A stretch of 62,045 nucleotides of DNA from Candidatus Saccharimonadota bacterium (GCA_014379635.1 JACMLL010000033.1:1-62045); one strand, 5' to 3'. Positions 46,913 to 56,967 are shown, counted from the stretch's first letter. The notes: a model not told the origin generated them from the letters alone. Translations and numbers: made by a program.

Positions 46913-48853
46913 ATGCACTACTACGAAGTAGCCCCCAATCAAATTGTTCGCCCAGGCAGTAGCGTATTTACCTATGCCTCCAAACAGCCGCTCAGTATCG
47001 GGCAAATCGTCTTGGTCGAAGTAGGAAAAAAACATATGGTGGGCGTCATAATACGAACCACAAAACAGCCGAGCTACCCAACCAAACCAATTGTTTCGGT
47101 TATCGAACAGACCCCTCTTCCCGCTCAGCTCCTCGACCTTGCCACGTGGCTATCCGAGTACTACGTCGCGCCCCTCGCGAGTGTCTTGCAGGCATTACTT
47201 CCCCGCGGTCTTCAAAAGACACGCCGCCCGAGGACAAAGACAGCTCCGCACGCTTCGCGCGCCCGAACAAATATTGTGTTCAATACGGAGCAGCAACAGG
47301 TAATTGAAGCTGTTAAGACTACCTCTCCTGGAACCTTTTTACTACAGGGAATCACTGGCTCAGGCAAAACAGAAGTGTATATTGAAATCGCCAAACGTGC
47401 AATCAATAACGGCAAGTCCGCTATCATCCTCGTACCGGAAATTGCCTTAACGTCTCAAATTTTAGCTGAATTCTCGCATCATTTCGAAGACATCTTGATT
47501 GTCCATTCGACCATCACCGAAGCCGAGCGTCACATCACCTGGAAAGAGGCCCTGGATAGTGCGGACCCTCGGGTGGTAATTGGCGCCCGATCCGCCCTCT
47601 TCACTCCGCTGAAAAATATTGGTGCGATTATCGTGGACGAAGCACATGAGCCAAGCTACAAGCAAGAGCAGTCCCCTCGCTACTCGGCTCTCCGAGCAGC
47701 CACGATACTCGGTCGTTTTCACAAAGCCCCTGTTATTTTGGGTAGCGCTACGCCAAGCGTGTCCGATCGATATCTGGCAGAACAATCTCACCGTCCTATT
47801 TTGACACTCACTAAAGCTGCTCGCGAGCGTACATTACCGCCGACTGTGTCACTGGTAGATATGACGAAGCGAGCCAACTCTGGCGGTCATCGTTTTCTTT
47901 CAAAACAGCTCCTTACACAACTGGAGACGACCTTAGCGGAAGGTAAACAGGCACTCATCTTCCATAACCGCCGTGGCAGTGCCAGCACCACATTATGTGA
48001 AAATTGTGGCTGGACAGCACAATGTCCTCACTGCTATATACCCCTCACACTTCATTCTGATCGTCATCATGTCCGCTGCCATATTTGCAACTACCAACAG
48101 ACCGTCCCAACGTCCTGCCCTGACTGTGGCCATGTTGATATCATCCACAAGGGCTTTGGCACGAAACTAATAGAGACCGAGCTTAAAAAACTCTTTCCCA
48201 AGGCAGCTATCGCGCGTTTTGATGCCGACAACGACCCTAAAGAGACTGTTAACGCTCGCTACGGCGAGCTCTACAGCGGAGCGATTGATATTGCCATCGG
48301 AACACAGGTCATCGCCAAAGGCCTTGACCTGCCAGAACTACGAATGGTTGGTGTTATTCAAGCCGATAGTGGCCTAGCTTTGCCAGATTTCAGTGCCAGC
48401 GAACGTACCTTCCAACTACTCGCCCAAGTAGTAGGCCGGGTCGGTCGCAACGAACATGCGACGCAAGTTGTTGTTCAAAGTTATCAGCCGGCGCACCCTA
48501 GTGTCGTCTGCGGGCTGGCTCAAGATTATGAATCCTTTTATACTTATGCGCTGAAAGAACGAAAAAAAGGCCTCTTCCCTCCTTTTACCCACCTCCTGCA
48601 GTTAACGTGTATCTACAAGTCAGAGACCGCTGCGATACGTAATGCCCAACTTGTTGCCCGTGACCTCCGCAACAAACTTCACAATGACATCACTATTCTC
48701 GGGCCGACGCCGGCATTTTACGAACGACAACGCGACACGTACCGTTGGCAACTAACCCTTAAAAGCCCTTCACGCGAGCATCTGATTAACGCCCTTGGCT
48801 TTGTTCCGACCACACACTGGCAATCGGAACTCGACCCTACTAGCCTGCTTTAG
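46913..48853 (+). CDS. priA: Primosomal protein N' (replication restart helicase PriA)
   Basis: Walker A GITGSGKTEVY, DEAH-like IIVDEAHE, and the Cys-rich insert CENCGW...CPHC...CHIC...CPDCG. Confidence 0.93.
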   Translation: MHYYEVAPNQIVRPGSSVFTYASKQPLSIGQIVLVEVGKKHMVGVIIRTTKQPSYPTKPIVSVIEQTPLPAQLLDLATWLSEYYVAPLASVLQALLPRGLQKTRRPRTKTAPHASRARTNIVFNTEQQQVIEAVKTTSPGTFLLQGITGSGKTEVYIEIAKRAINNGKSAIILVPEIALTSQILAEFSHHFEDILIVHSTITEAERHITWKEALDSADPRVVIGARSALFTPLKNIGAIIVDEAHEPSYKQEQSPRYSALRAATILGRFHKAPVILGSATPSVSDRYLAEQSHRPILTLTKAARERTLPPTVSLVDMTKRANSGGHRFLSKQLLTQLETTLAEGKQALIFHNRRGSASTTLCENCGWTAQCPHCYIPLTLHSDRHHVRCHICNYQQTVPTSCPDCGHVDIIHKGFGTKLIETELKKLFPKAAIARFDADNDPKETVNARYGELYSGAIDIAIGTQVIAKGLDLPELRMVGVIQADSGLALPDFSASERTFQLLAQVVGRVGRNEHATQVVVQSYQPAHPSVVCGLAQDYESFYTYALKERKKGLFPPFTHLLQLTCIYKSETAAIRNAQLVARDLRNKLHNDITILGPTPAFYERQRDTYRWQLTLKSPSREHLINALGFVPTTHWQSELDPTSLL

Positions 48854-48877
48854 CTACCCCTGGTATACTACAAAGGA

Positions 48878-49453
48878 ATGAAAAAAGAAGATATCATCAC
48901 CCTACCCTGCCCTCGTCTGCGACACAAGTCAGCCAAAGTTCACGTTGTCACCGACGAAACCAAAGGCTTAATTGACGATATGGTGTCAGCGGCGCTAGAT
49001 TGGGAAGACAGCCGGCCACACGAAATCAGCGCCGCCCTTGCCGCGGTTCAAATTGATCGACTTGATCGAGTAGTAATTGTACGCAGCGATTTTGACGACA
49101 AGGAAGTGCGCGACTTTACGACACTAATCAACCCCGAAATCGTGAAGTATGAGGGTGATATTCTTGATGATTACGAAGGCTGCCTGAGTGTCAGTAATGT
49201 TTATGGAAAAGTCCCTCGATTCGCAAAAATCCGCATCAAGGCGCTCGACAAAGACGGTAAAGAAGTCCGCTTTAAGGCCGAAGGTTTCTTGGCACGGGTT
49301 ATCCAGCACGAAATCGATCACACTAACGGCATTGTTTTTATCGACCATATTCGTGACTTAACAGATGCATTTTATACTCTCGACGAGAAAGGCGAGCTCC
49401 AACCACTTGATTATGACCAGCATATCAAAACCAATAGTATTCTTTGGGACTGA
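48878..49453 (+). CDS. def: Peptide deformylase
   Basis: EGCLSV and QHEIDHTNG motifs. Confidence 0.93.
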   Translation: MKKEDIITLPCPRLRHKSAKVHVVTDETKGLIDDMVSAALDWEDSRPHEISAALAAVQIDRLDRVVIVRSDFDDKEVRDFTTLINPEIVKYEGDILDDYEGCLSVSNVYGKVPRFAKIRIKALDKDGKEVRFKAEGFLARVIQHEIDHTNGIVFIDHIRDLTDAFYTLDEKGELQPLDYDQHIKTNSILWD

Positions 49454-50303
49454 AGACTTCAGTCTGACTACCCTGCGTAGCCTGGTTGCGGCGGGCTATA
49501 CTATTGTGGCGGTCGTCACAAAACCAGATAGCAAGCGTGGCCGCGACCAAAAACTCACCCCACCGTCCGTTAAACTATTTGCACAAGCACAAAATATTCC
49601 CGTCTGGCAGCCAACCAAACTTTCCGAAATTACATCCGACATACAGTCCCTCGGCGACGTTGCAGGTGTGCTGGTTAGCTATGGAAAGATTATCCCCCAA
49701 AGCATTATTAATCTCTTCTCCCCAGGTATCATCAATCTCCACCCCTCGCTACTGCCGCTTTACCGGGGCCCTTCGCCCATTGAGTCCGCCATAAAAAACG
49801 GCGATACCAAGACCGGTGTCTCAATTATGAAATTGTCAGCCGCTATGGACGCGGGGCCTGTTTTCGTACAAACTATTTATCCTCTCGTCAGGACAGAAAC
49901 GCGGACCGACTTGTACCGCACGCTCGCGGCCACAGGTACGGCAACGCTATTGACTGTCCTACCAGCTATTTTAGAGGGATCGCTCCAACCAACTCCGCAA
50001 GATGATACGGCAGCCACCTACTGTCAGCTTCTCGATAAAAAAGACTCGATGCTTCATCCGCAAAAACTCACCGCCATACAAGCCGAACGCCTGGTCCGCG
50101 CTCACCTGGGCTTTCCGAAAACCAAAATCAATGTCTTCGGCCACGATATCGTCATCACCAAAGCGCACGTCTCGACGGAATCAAAAACACCGCTCGACAT
50201 TGTCTGCCAAGACGGTGCTTTCCTTTCGGTTGACGAGCTAATTGCTCCCAGTGGACGTCGCATGAGCGCCCAGGCGTTCATAAATGGCTACGCCGTCGGC
50301 TGA
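49413..50303 (+). CDS. fmt: Methionyl-tRNA formyltransferase
   Basis: IVFFGTEDFSL..., the SLLPLYRGPSPI motif, and a C-terminal OB-like domain. The ATG at 49413 overlaps the def 3' end. The ORF-track start at 49365 is less likely. Confidence 0.9.
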   Translation: MTSISKPIVFFGTEDFSLTTLRSLVAAGYTIVAVVTKPDSKRGRDQKLTPPSVKLFAQAQNIPVWQPTKLSEITSDIQSLGDVAGVLVSYGKIIPQSIINLFSPGIINLHPSLLPLYRGPSPIESAIKNGDTKTGVSIMKLSAAMDAGPVFVQTIYPLVRTETRTDLYRTLAATGTATLLTVLPAILEGSLQPTPQDDTAATYCQLLDKKDSMLHPQKLTAIQAERLVRAHLGFPKTKINVFGHDIVITKAHVSTESKTPLDIVCQDGAFLSVDELIAPSGRRMSAQAFINGYAVG

Positions 50304-50722
50304 TCACCACCGAGAATCTTATCGCGACTGCCAACAATTTCTTTTTTCAATTCATCAAGTACGCCGGCCACAACGTCACGATAGTCAGGACGATTTACTT
50401 CCAACCATTTCGTAGCGGTATATTCAGCCCGTAGTCCAGCGTCATTGACGTCAAGTCCGGTTGCTTCTTGAATGCGACCAAAGGCTTCATCATTGTAGTA
50501 ATCGGGAACATATTTCTCGAGCCAGGTACGAATCACTTCATCTTTACGATCAATAATCGCCTCAAACTCTTCCAGTTGCTCGTCGCTCATGCCATCGGAC
50601 AGTTTTGTGCCGACCCGCAGCTCAAGCTCGTCATAAATGTGCTGCAGGAAAGCTTTTTTTTGCTCTTCTGGTAAGTCATTTAAACCAATGTCTGTTAAGA
50701 ATTTATCATCTAGTTGAAACAT
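50288..50722 (-). CDS. Hypothetical acidic protein (144 aa)
   Basis: Clean ORF with the N-terminus MFQLDDKFLTDIGLNDLPEEQKKAFLQHIYDELELRVG. I cannot assign a function. Confidence 0.6.
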   Translation of the reverse strand: MFQLDDKFLTDIGLNDLPEEQKKAFLQHIYDELELRVGTKLSDGMSDEQLEEFEAIIDRKDEVIRTWLEKYVPDYYNDEAFGRIQEATGLDVNDAGLRAEYTATKWLEVNRPDYRDVVAGVLDELKKEIVGSRDKILGGDQPTA

Positions 50723-50737
50723 GTATATCTATCCTCT

Positions 50738-52090
50738 TTATCGGCTATTCTTAATTAATTTTAGCACATTCTCAGGAAGTTGACCTGTGTGACTAATACC
50801 CCATGAACCATTTTTCGTGGGGTATGCCCAGCCACGAGCCTGTAATTCGGGTCCTACTTTTTGTAGTAAGTTTGCCTGCTCGGTTTCGTTTTTTATACCC
50901 AATTCCCTAAAAGTGTTGTACCAACCTTCACCACGAGTTACAGTATGAGCTTCTACGCTAAACGCTGAAGGGTCTACCTCTACTTTGATACCATCTGAAC
51001 CACCCGATACACCAGCCGCTTCGACTACTTCAGCACCTGCGCCTGATCCCATACCTGGCCCTACCTCTGAGACCTGAGCCTCGCCACCGTTAAGTAGCGG
51101 AAGTCCGTACTTTGCTGCTACGATCAAGGCGACGACACCAACAATTTTAGCGGCACCGTATCGTTTTACGCGAGTTTCAAATTGACCCTTTGTCTCTTCT
51201 GACTTTTGTTTTGGTGTCGGCATGAAGTTTCCTGCCGTAAAAAGCGTCGTACTATAAAGTGTGCCAACTTTTAAGTAAAGGCCTTTCGTGCGGCTCTTTA
51301 CCTTATTCCAAATTGATTGCTTTTCTTCGTCGAGCTTATCAGCATCACCCGTTTCCTGATTGCTGTCCTCTTTTTCAGAATCTTCAGCGCTCAGATCACC
51401 TTCAATGGGGTTTACTACGACACCTTCTAGAGTGTCAATTGCTAGAATTTGTTCGCCTGGCACCGGACTAACGACAACGTCCTCGAGGGTATCAATATTG
51501 GGAATATTATTACGCGTTTCGTATTCATCGGCCGATTCGCCTTCAAGTGCAGGTTCAAAGTTACGTCGTATCTCATCCTCATGTTCACTAGTGTTAGCAT
51601 CGTCGGACGCATCTTTAGCGTCTTGAGCCTCAGCCAAGCCGTCGTCAAGGCTATCAAAGCCAGTTTCAATTGCCGATGGAGTCTGTTCGCCATCGGTAAT
51701 GTTGCTACTTTCTTTATTGGCGTTGTTCAGTGACGCAACCCATGTATCCTCTGCAGATTGGAGTTCTTTTTTTGCGTATATATGGTCCTCTGCTGTCGAT
51801 TTAAAATTTAACGACTCTACAGCAGTTCTTGCTGCATCTAGCCGTTCTCCACCATGCATAAGCCATTCCTCGTTGAGTGTATCTGCCTCCGGTTGGTACG
51901 TCGCCCGTGCGTCACGTAGTTCAGTCTTTGCGTTTACGTGATCAATGGCGTCTGAATTAAAATTTAGTTCATCTACTTTAGACTGTGCCGCATTAATATG
52001 TTCGACAGTTTGAATCTGTTTATCTTCAAACTGACTAATTACTTCTTTGGCTGATAAAGTTCGTTCTGCTGACGGTAGGGTTTCTGACAT
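50738..52090 (-). CDS. Hypothetical protein: acidic repeat-containing N-terminal region, single TM, small C-terminal extracytoplasmic domain
   Basis: AGGAGA Shine-Dalgarno sequence. Internal repeats (LNFNSDAIDHVNAKTELRDA / LNFKSTAEDHIYAKKELQSA; IDTLEDVVVSPVPGEQ / IDTLEGVVVNPIEGDL). TM segment AAKIVGVVALIVAAKYGLPLL. Confidence 0.6.
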   Translation of the reverse strand: MSETLPSAERTLSAKEVISQFEDKQIQTVEHINAAQSKVDELNFNSDAIDHVNAKTELRDARATYQPEADTLNEEWLMHGGERLDAARTAVESLNFKSTAEDHIYAKKELQSAEDTWVASLNNANKESSNITDGEQTPSAIETGFDSLDDGLAEAQDAKDASDDANTSEHEDEIRRNFEPALEGESADEYETRNNIPNIDTLEDVVVSPVPGEQILAIDTLEGVVVNPIEGDLSAEDSEKEDSNQETGDADKLDEEKQSIWNKVKSRTKGLYLKVGTLYSTTLFTAGNFMPTPKQKSEETKGQFETRVKRYGAAKIVGVVALIVAAKYGLPLLNGGEAQVSEVGPGMGSGAGAEVVEAAGVSGGSDGIKVEVDPSAFSVEAHTVTRGEGWYNTFRELGIKNETEQANLLQKVGPELQARGWAYPTKNGSWGISHTGQLPENVLKLIKNSR

Positions 52091-52219
52091 GTCAATTTTC
52101 TCCTAGGAGATGTGTTAATTTATGTTTGTGTTATATGTTTTATGATACAACGATAGCATAAATGTAATAAGAAAGCAAGCATAATCACATATACTTGCTT
52201 TAATTACAATTGACGTTTT

Positions 52220-53989
52220 TTATTTAAGAGTGCGTTTAACGAGGGCTCGCGTAAAGAACTCGAGCTTGTCACCCTCTTCGAGTAGTAATTTCTTGCTAAT
52301 CTTGAGACTAATACCGCACATTTCGCCTTCGAATACTTCTTTGGCTTCTTGTTGCTGACGCTGGACCTTGGTCACTTCCACTTCGGCCAGGGTTTCTTTA
52401 CCACGTTTGGCACGCGCCAAGAGGCCGCTAGTAACTTTACCGCTGGTTACTTCTCCACCAGCGATAATCTCGTCCTTAAGTGTACGGAAAATTCCTTTTA
52501 TCGTCAGAGTACCGATTTCTGTTTCGACGACTTCAGGTGCTAACATGGCCTCCATCGAAGCGCGGGCGTCATCAAGTAGTTCGTAAATAACTTTATAGAT
52601 ACGAACTTGAACCTTGTCGCGAGCAGCCAACTGTTTAATGGCAGGCGGCAACCCAACGTTAAATCCATAAATAAGCGTTTTTGAGTCCGAGGCCAGGCGA
52701 ATATCATTTTCGGAAATATTTCCGACACCACTTCCAATCACGCGCAGGGCAATCTCACCCTTGGTATCAATCAGCCGCAAGCTATCAATCACTGAAGTCA
52801 AAGACCCCTGCACATCAGCTTTGACGACAACGTTTAAGTTCTGTGATTCGTGTTGCTGGTTCATCATCCGCAGAAGATCGGCTCCTGTTACATTCGTGCT
52901 GGCAGCATTCTTTTCCTGTTCAATACGAGCCACAGCCACTGCATTACGGGCTTCTTTTTCGCTTTTTACAACCGTAAAGGTATCACCAAACTGAGGCAAC
53001 TCTTTTAGTCCCGTCACGGTGACTGGCGTCGAAGGACCAGCCTCTTTGAGCGGTTTACCCGCAAAATCAAGCAAAGTACGGACCTTTCCGTAGGCAGTTC
53101 CGGCGACCAAGAAATGGCCTGTCCGGAGTAATCCTTGTTCGACAAGTAGACCGACAACCGAACCCCGACCAACTTCCATATGTGATTCAATCACCAGACC
53201 TTCAGCTGGCGTGTCAATGTCAGCCTTTAACTCTTCGAGGTCAGCCACCAGCAGTACCATATCAAGTAATATCTCGATACCCAGACCAGTCTTGGCACTG
53301 ACTTCGACCATAACCGTATCACCACCCCATTCTTCTGGATTAAGGTCGTGTTCGGTGGCTAGCTGTGCCTTGACGCGGGCAGAATCAGCCGATTCTTTGT
53401 CCATTTTGTTAATAGCCACGACAATTTTTGCGTTGGCAGACTTGGCAAAGCGAATCGCCTCAATCGTTTGAGGCTTAACGCCGTCATCGGCCGCCACCAC
53501 AATCACCACTACATCCGTCAGCGCAGCGCCGTGCTGTCGCAGAGCGGCAAATGCTTCGTGCCCTGGAGTATCTAGCAATGTAATCGAGCGGTCTTTGTGA
53601 ATGGTCTGGTAAGCACTAATGTGCTGGGTAATACCTCCGGCCTCTTGGTCGGTAGTTTTGGTATGAAGAATGGCATCAAGTAAACTCGTCTTACCGTGGT
53701 CAACGTGCCCCATCACCGCCACAATCGGTGGACGCGCAACGGCTTTGTCGGATAAAGTGTGAGTTTTGCGGTCGCTCAGTGTCGCCGCGACTTTTTTCTC
53801 GAGTTCAACGTCAAGTCCCAGCTCTTCGACAATAATTGTCGCTGTTTCGAAATCGATACGTTGATTAATCGTCGCCACAATACCATTTCTAAAAAGTTCA
53901 CCAATCAGGTTTGTAACGGGTAGATTAAGCGTTTCAGCAAGCTCACCAACGGTGATTGAGTCGGCAACAATGATAACTTTCTCGGCCAT
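52220..53989 (-). CDS. infB: Translation initiation factor IF-2 (short N-terminal region)
   Basis: G domain VMGHVDHGKTSLLD, DTPGHEAF and NKMD. AAAGGAG Shine-Dalgarno sequence. Confidence 0.95.
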   Translation of the reverse strand: MAEKVIIVADSITVGELAETLNLPVTNLIGELFRNGIVATINQRIDFETATIIVEELGLDVELEKKVAATLSDRKTHTLSDKAVARPPIVAVMGHVDHGKTSLLDAILHTKTTDQEAGGITQHISAYQTIHKDRSITLLDTPGHEAFAALRQHGAALTDVVVIVVAADDGVKPQTIEAIRFAKSANAKIVVAINKMDKESADSARVKAQLATEHDLNPEEWGGDTVMVEVSAKTGLGIEILLDMVLLVADLEELKADIDTPAEGLVIESHMEVGRGSVVGLLVEQGLLRTGHFLVAGTAYGKVRTLLDFAGKPLKEAGPSTPVTVTGLKELPQFGDTFTVVKSEKEARNAVAVARIEQEKNAASTNVTGADLLRMMNQQHESQNLNVVVKADVQGSLTSVIDSLRLIDTKGEIALRVIGSGVGNISENDIRLASDSKTLIYGFNVGLPPAIKQLAARDKVQVRIYKVIYELLDDARASMEAMLAPEVVETEIGTLTIKGIFRTLKDEIIAGGEVTSGKVTSGLLARAKRGKETLAEVEVTKVQRQQQEAKEVFEGEMCGISLKISKKLLLEEGDKLEFFTRALVKRTLK

Positions 53990-54043
53990 AATGAACGCTC
54001 CTTTCTACCCGGCTACAGTGGTGCTATAGACGCGGAAACTAGT

Positions 54044-55120
54044 TTATTTTTTTGCTTTGTTATTTAAGCTAAGCGAGATTTTGCGGCTATCTTTTTCGAT
54101 ATCAAGCACAACAAATTCCTTGCGCTCGTTGAGGGTAAAGACTTTTTCTGGGTCAGCATCATCGCCACCACCGAGTTCGCTGACATGGACTAGCGCCTCA
54201 ACAGCAGAGCTAATCTGAATAAAAGCACCGAATGGAGTAATGCGCGTTACTGTGCCTTCGACCTTGTCGCCTGGCTTGAATTGGTCAACCTCTGTCATCC
54301 ATGGATCCTGAGACAACTGTTTGATACTAAGACTAAGACGGTCTTTGTCGATAGCGATGATCTTTGCATCAATCGTTTGGCCAACTTTAACATAATCATT
54401 TGGATTGTTGACACGTTCCCAGCTGATTTCGCTAATATGCACCAAACCTTCAATTCCTTCGACGTTGACGAAGATACCGAAGTCAACCACACCTGTAACA
54501 ACACCTTTGACGCTGTCGCCAACGGTCAGTTTTTCAAAGCGAGCTGACAAGCCGTCTTTAATAGCTTCTTTTTCGCTAAAGATAAGCTTGTTAGCTTTAC
54601 GGTCACAATCCAAAATACGAACTTTTAAAGTTTGCCCGATAAGAACGTTCAAACGCTGAAGAATTTCATCCTTGTCGCTGCTGCCAACGCGAGGATAGTG
54701 CTCGGCTGAAAGTTGAGAGACAGGCAAGAACCCACGAACGCCGTCGTGTTCAACCAGTAGTCCACCTCTGTTGGCGTCATAAGGCGATACGTCAATAATT
54801 TCACCGCTTTCCATTTTGGCTGCCACTTCATCCCAACCACGATCTTTGGCGGCTTTACGGAGTGATAGTAGTGAGTAGCCGTTATCAAGCTCGGCATCAA
54901 CAATACTGGCCGTGACTTCGTCTCCAATATTAAGAGCTCGTGAAAACCCGACCTCACGACGCGGTACAAGGCCAATACCTTGCGCCCCGAGGTCAACCAG
55001 GACCTCGTGTTTACGAATCGATAGGATGGTTCCTACGATTGCTTCTCCTTGTGTTAATTGCTTTACGCTGTCATCTGCGCCAGCGAGCAGTTCGTCCATT
55101 GTTAGTGTGGCTTTTGCCAT
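54044..55120 (-). CDS. rpsA: 30S ribosomal protein S1 (four S1 domains)
   Basis: Four repeats of the S1 OB motif (G.V...V..GA.V/F..GLVH.SE). AAGGAAGGAG Shine-Dalgarno sequence. Confidence 0.9.
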   Translation of the reverse strand: MAKATLTMDELLAGADDSVKQLTQGEAIVGTILSIRKHEVLVDLGAQGIGLVPRREVGFSRALNIGDEVTASIVDAELDNGYSLLSLRKAAKDRGWDEVAAKMESGEIIDVSPYDANRGGLLVEHDGVRGFLPVSQLSAEHYPRVGSSDKDEILQRLNVLIGQTLKVRILDCDRKANKLIFSEKEAIKDGLSARFEKLTVGDSVKGVVTGVVDFGIFVNVEGIEGLVHISEISWERVNNPNDYVKVGQTIDAKIIAIDKDRLSLSIKQLSQDPWMTEVDQFKPGDKVEGTVTRITPFGAFIQISSAVEALVHVSELGGGDDADPEKVFTLNERKEFVVLDIEKDSRKISLSLNNKAKK

Positions 55121-55197
55121 AAGTCTTATTCAGACTCCTTCCTTAATATTAATATTCTGGGGGTGCATACAAAATAGCAACCTCCTAGATTGTTTAT

Positions 55198-55226
55198 ATT
55201 GTACCCCAGACGGGGACGCAAGTCAA
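55198..55226 (-). promoter_or_regulatory. Promoter for rpsA (TTGACT-17 nt-TACAAT)
   Basis: The -35 at 55221-55226 overlaps the stop codon of the LPXTG gene. The -10 is at 55198-55203. Confidence 0.55.
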
Positions 55227-55636
55227 AGAGAGCGGCCGAGGATGCGCCGCGAAGTTATATACCCGGCACCAGATGCAACCAGTAGACCGATTGCGAGCAG
55301 GCGAAGACCGTCCGATTCAGGGCCGGTTGTCGGAAGACTAGCTTGTTCAGCCGCAGTTGGTGAGGGTGACGATTTCGTTGGCGCGGGAGCGGGCTTATTG
55401 GTATTAGGGCTCGCTTCTCCGTTACTTTTGGTGCTATTGTTCGTTGTGGCTGGTTTTTTGGTGTCCGCTTCTTTGGCTAACTTATCGGCCTGGGCAACCG
55501 CCTGTTCTTGGCGAACCTGTTCGCCCCTTTGCTTTACAAAGTAAGCTGTGCCAATAACCGCACCCGCAAGCACAGTTGCTATAATAATGAACGTTAGTAC
55601 CGATCCACCCTGATTTGTTCGTTTCAATGAAATCAT
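55223..55636 (-). CDS. Small LPXTG-anchored surface protein (signal anchor, Pro/Ser/Thr/Lys linker, sorting signal)
   Basis: The C-terminus is LPTTG, a hydrophobic stretch (LRLLAIGLLVASGAGYI) and a basic tail (SRRILGRSL). The N-terminal TM is VLTFIIIATVLAGAVIG. The ATG at 55636 has a GAGGAA Shine-Dalgarno sequence. Confidence 0.75.
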   Translation of the reverse strand: MISLKRTNQGGSVLTFIIIATVLAGAVIGTAYFVKQRGEQVRQEQAVAQADKLAKEADTKKPATTNNSTKSNGEASPNTNKPAPAPTKSSPSPTAAEQASLPTTGPESDGLRLLAIGLLVASGAGYITSRRILGRSL

Positions 55637-55719
55637 TATATTCCTCAGGCTTATAATTTCTATTATTATACCTTTATTTTCATTATAATGCAACGTCTTC
55701 GGTATGCTACACTATAGAT

Positions 55720-56541
55720 ATGTTAGTTACAGTTGACACTGGTGGAACAAAAACACTTGTTGCTAGTTTTTCTGAGGATGGTGTTCTGGGTGAGCAGATT
55801 AAGTTCGCCACCCCTCAAGACTCGTCGGAATACGTAACGCTGCTGCGCCAAACTCTTGTCGAAACCTACGGCGATCAGACAGTTGAAGCGATTGTCGTTG
55901 CCCTACCCGGTATTATCAAAGAAGGTGTCGCAATCTGGTGTAACAATTTGAAATGGAAGAATTTTGATGCCGCCTCAGCTCTTAAGGGAGTGCTTGGTGA
56001 CGCACCAGTCCTGATTGAAAATGACGCTAATCTTGCTGGACTGGCCGAAACGCGAGCCCTTCATACTATTCCACCTCTGTCAGTCTATGTTACCGTGAGC
56101 ACTGGCATCGGAACTGGCATCACGACAAATGGTCGGATTAATCCCAGCCTTCGTTATAGCGAAGGTGGACGTGCCCTAGTAGAATTTGATGGTATTGTCC
56201 GCGAATGGGAAAGTTTTGCGTCCGGTCGAGTTATCTATGAAACCTACGGCAAATATGCTCGTGATATCACCAGCAAGCGCACTTGGAATCAAATTGCTGA
56301 CCGCATTAGTCGCGGATTTCTAGTACTCATTCCTATTTTACAGCCCGACATTATTATTATTGGTGGCAGTATCGGTACGTATTTTGAAAAATATGCCGCA
56401 CAGCTAAAGAATATTCTGAAAGAAAAACTGCCGGCTCATATTCCTGTACCAAAGATTGTTCAGGCTCAGCACCCCGAACAAGCCGTTATCTATGGATGTT
56501 ATTATTATGCCCTCGACAGCCTCGCTGATACCTCAGCTTAA
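55720..56541 (+). CDS. ROK-family sugar kinase (glucokinase-like)
   Basis: MLVTVDTGGTKTLVA phosphate-1 motif, ENDANLAG, and GGSIG. Confidence 0.8.
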   Translation: MLVTVDTGGTKTLVASFSEDGVLGEQIKFATPQDSSEYVTLLRQTLVETYGDQTVEAIVVALPGIIKEGVAIWCNNLKWKNFDAASALKGVLGDAPVLIENDANLAGLAETRALHTIPPLSVYVTVSTGIGTGITTNGRINPSLRYSEGGRALVEFDGIVREWESFASGRVIYETYGKYARDITSKRTWNQIADRISRGFLVLIPILQPDIIIIGGSIGTYFEKYAAQLKNILKEKLPAHIPVPKIVQAQHPEQAVIYGCYYYALDSLADTSA

Positions 56542-56962
56542 AGCCACCTACCCGCAGTTTGCGTTCAAACTTGCCGAAAGTTTTTTATGGTCACCCAGTA
56601 AACAGACCGTTTACTACACGACCGATGATGCAGATTACGGCTTTTTATTACACGAACTCTCGCACGGACTGCTGGGTCACGCCGACTATAGTCGCGATAT
56701 CGAACTAATTGCCATGGAACGAGACGCTTGGGACAAGGCTCTGGAAATTGCCAAAGACTATACCGTGACGATTAACGACGATCTCATTCAATCAACGCTC
56801 GACACCTACCGTGATTGGCTGCATGCCCGCAGTACTTGCCCTCGATGCAAAGCCGTTGGGTTACAGATTAAAAAACAAACCTACACCTGTCCTGCTTGCC
56901 GCCACCCGTGGCGAGTCAACGAAGCTCGTATCTGTGCCTTGCGGCGCTCTGCGGTCGCGTAA
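56507..56962 (+). CDS. Hypothetical HExxH protein with a C-terminal Cys4 zinc ribbon
   Basis: LLHELSHGLLGH, and CPRC...17 aa...CPAC. The start is uncertain (56456, 56492 or 56507, all overlapping the ROK gene). Confidence 0.55.
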   Translation: MPSTASLIPQLKATYPQFAFKLAESFLWSPSKQTVYYTTDDADYGFLLHELSHGLLGHADYSRDIELIAMERDAWDKALEIAKDYTVTINDDLIQSTLDTYRDWLHARSTCPRCKAVGLQIKKQTYTCPACRHPWRVNEARICALRRSAVA

Positions 56963-56967
56963 CAACA

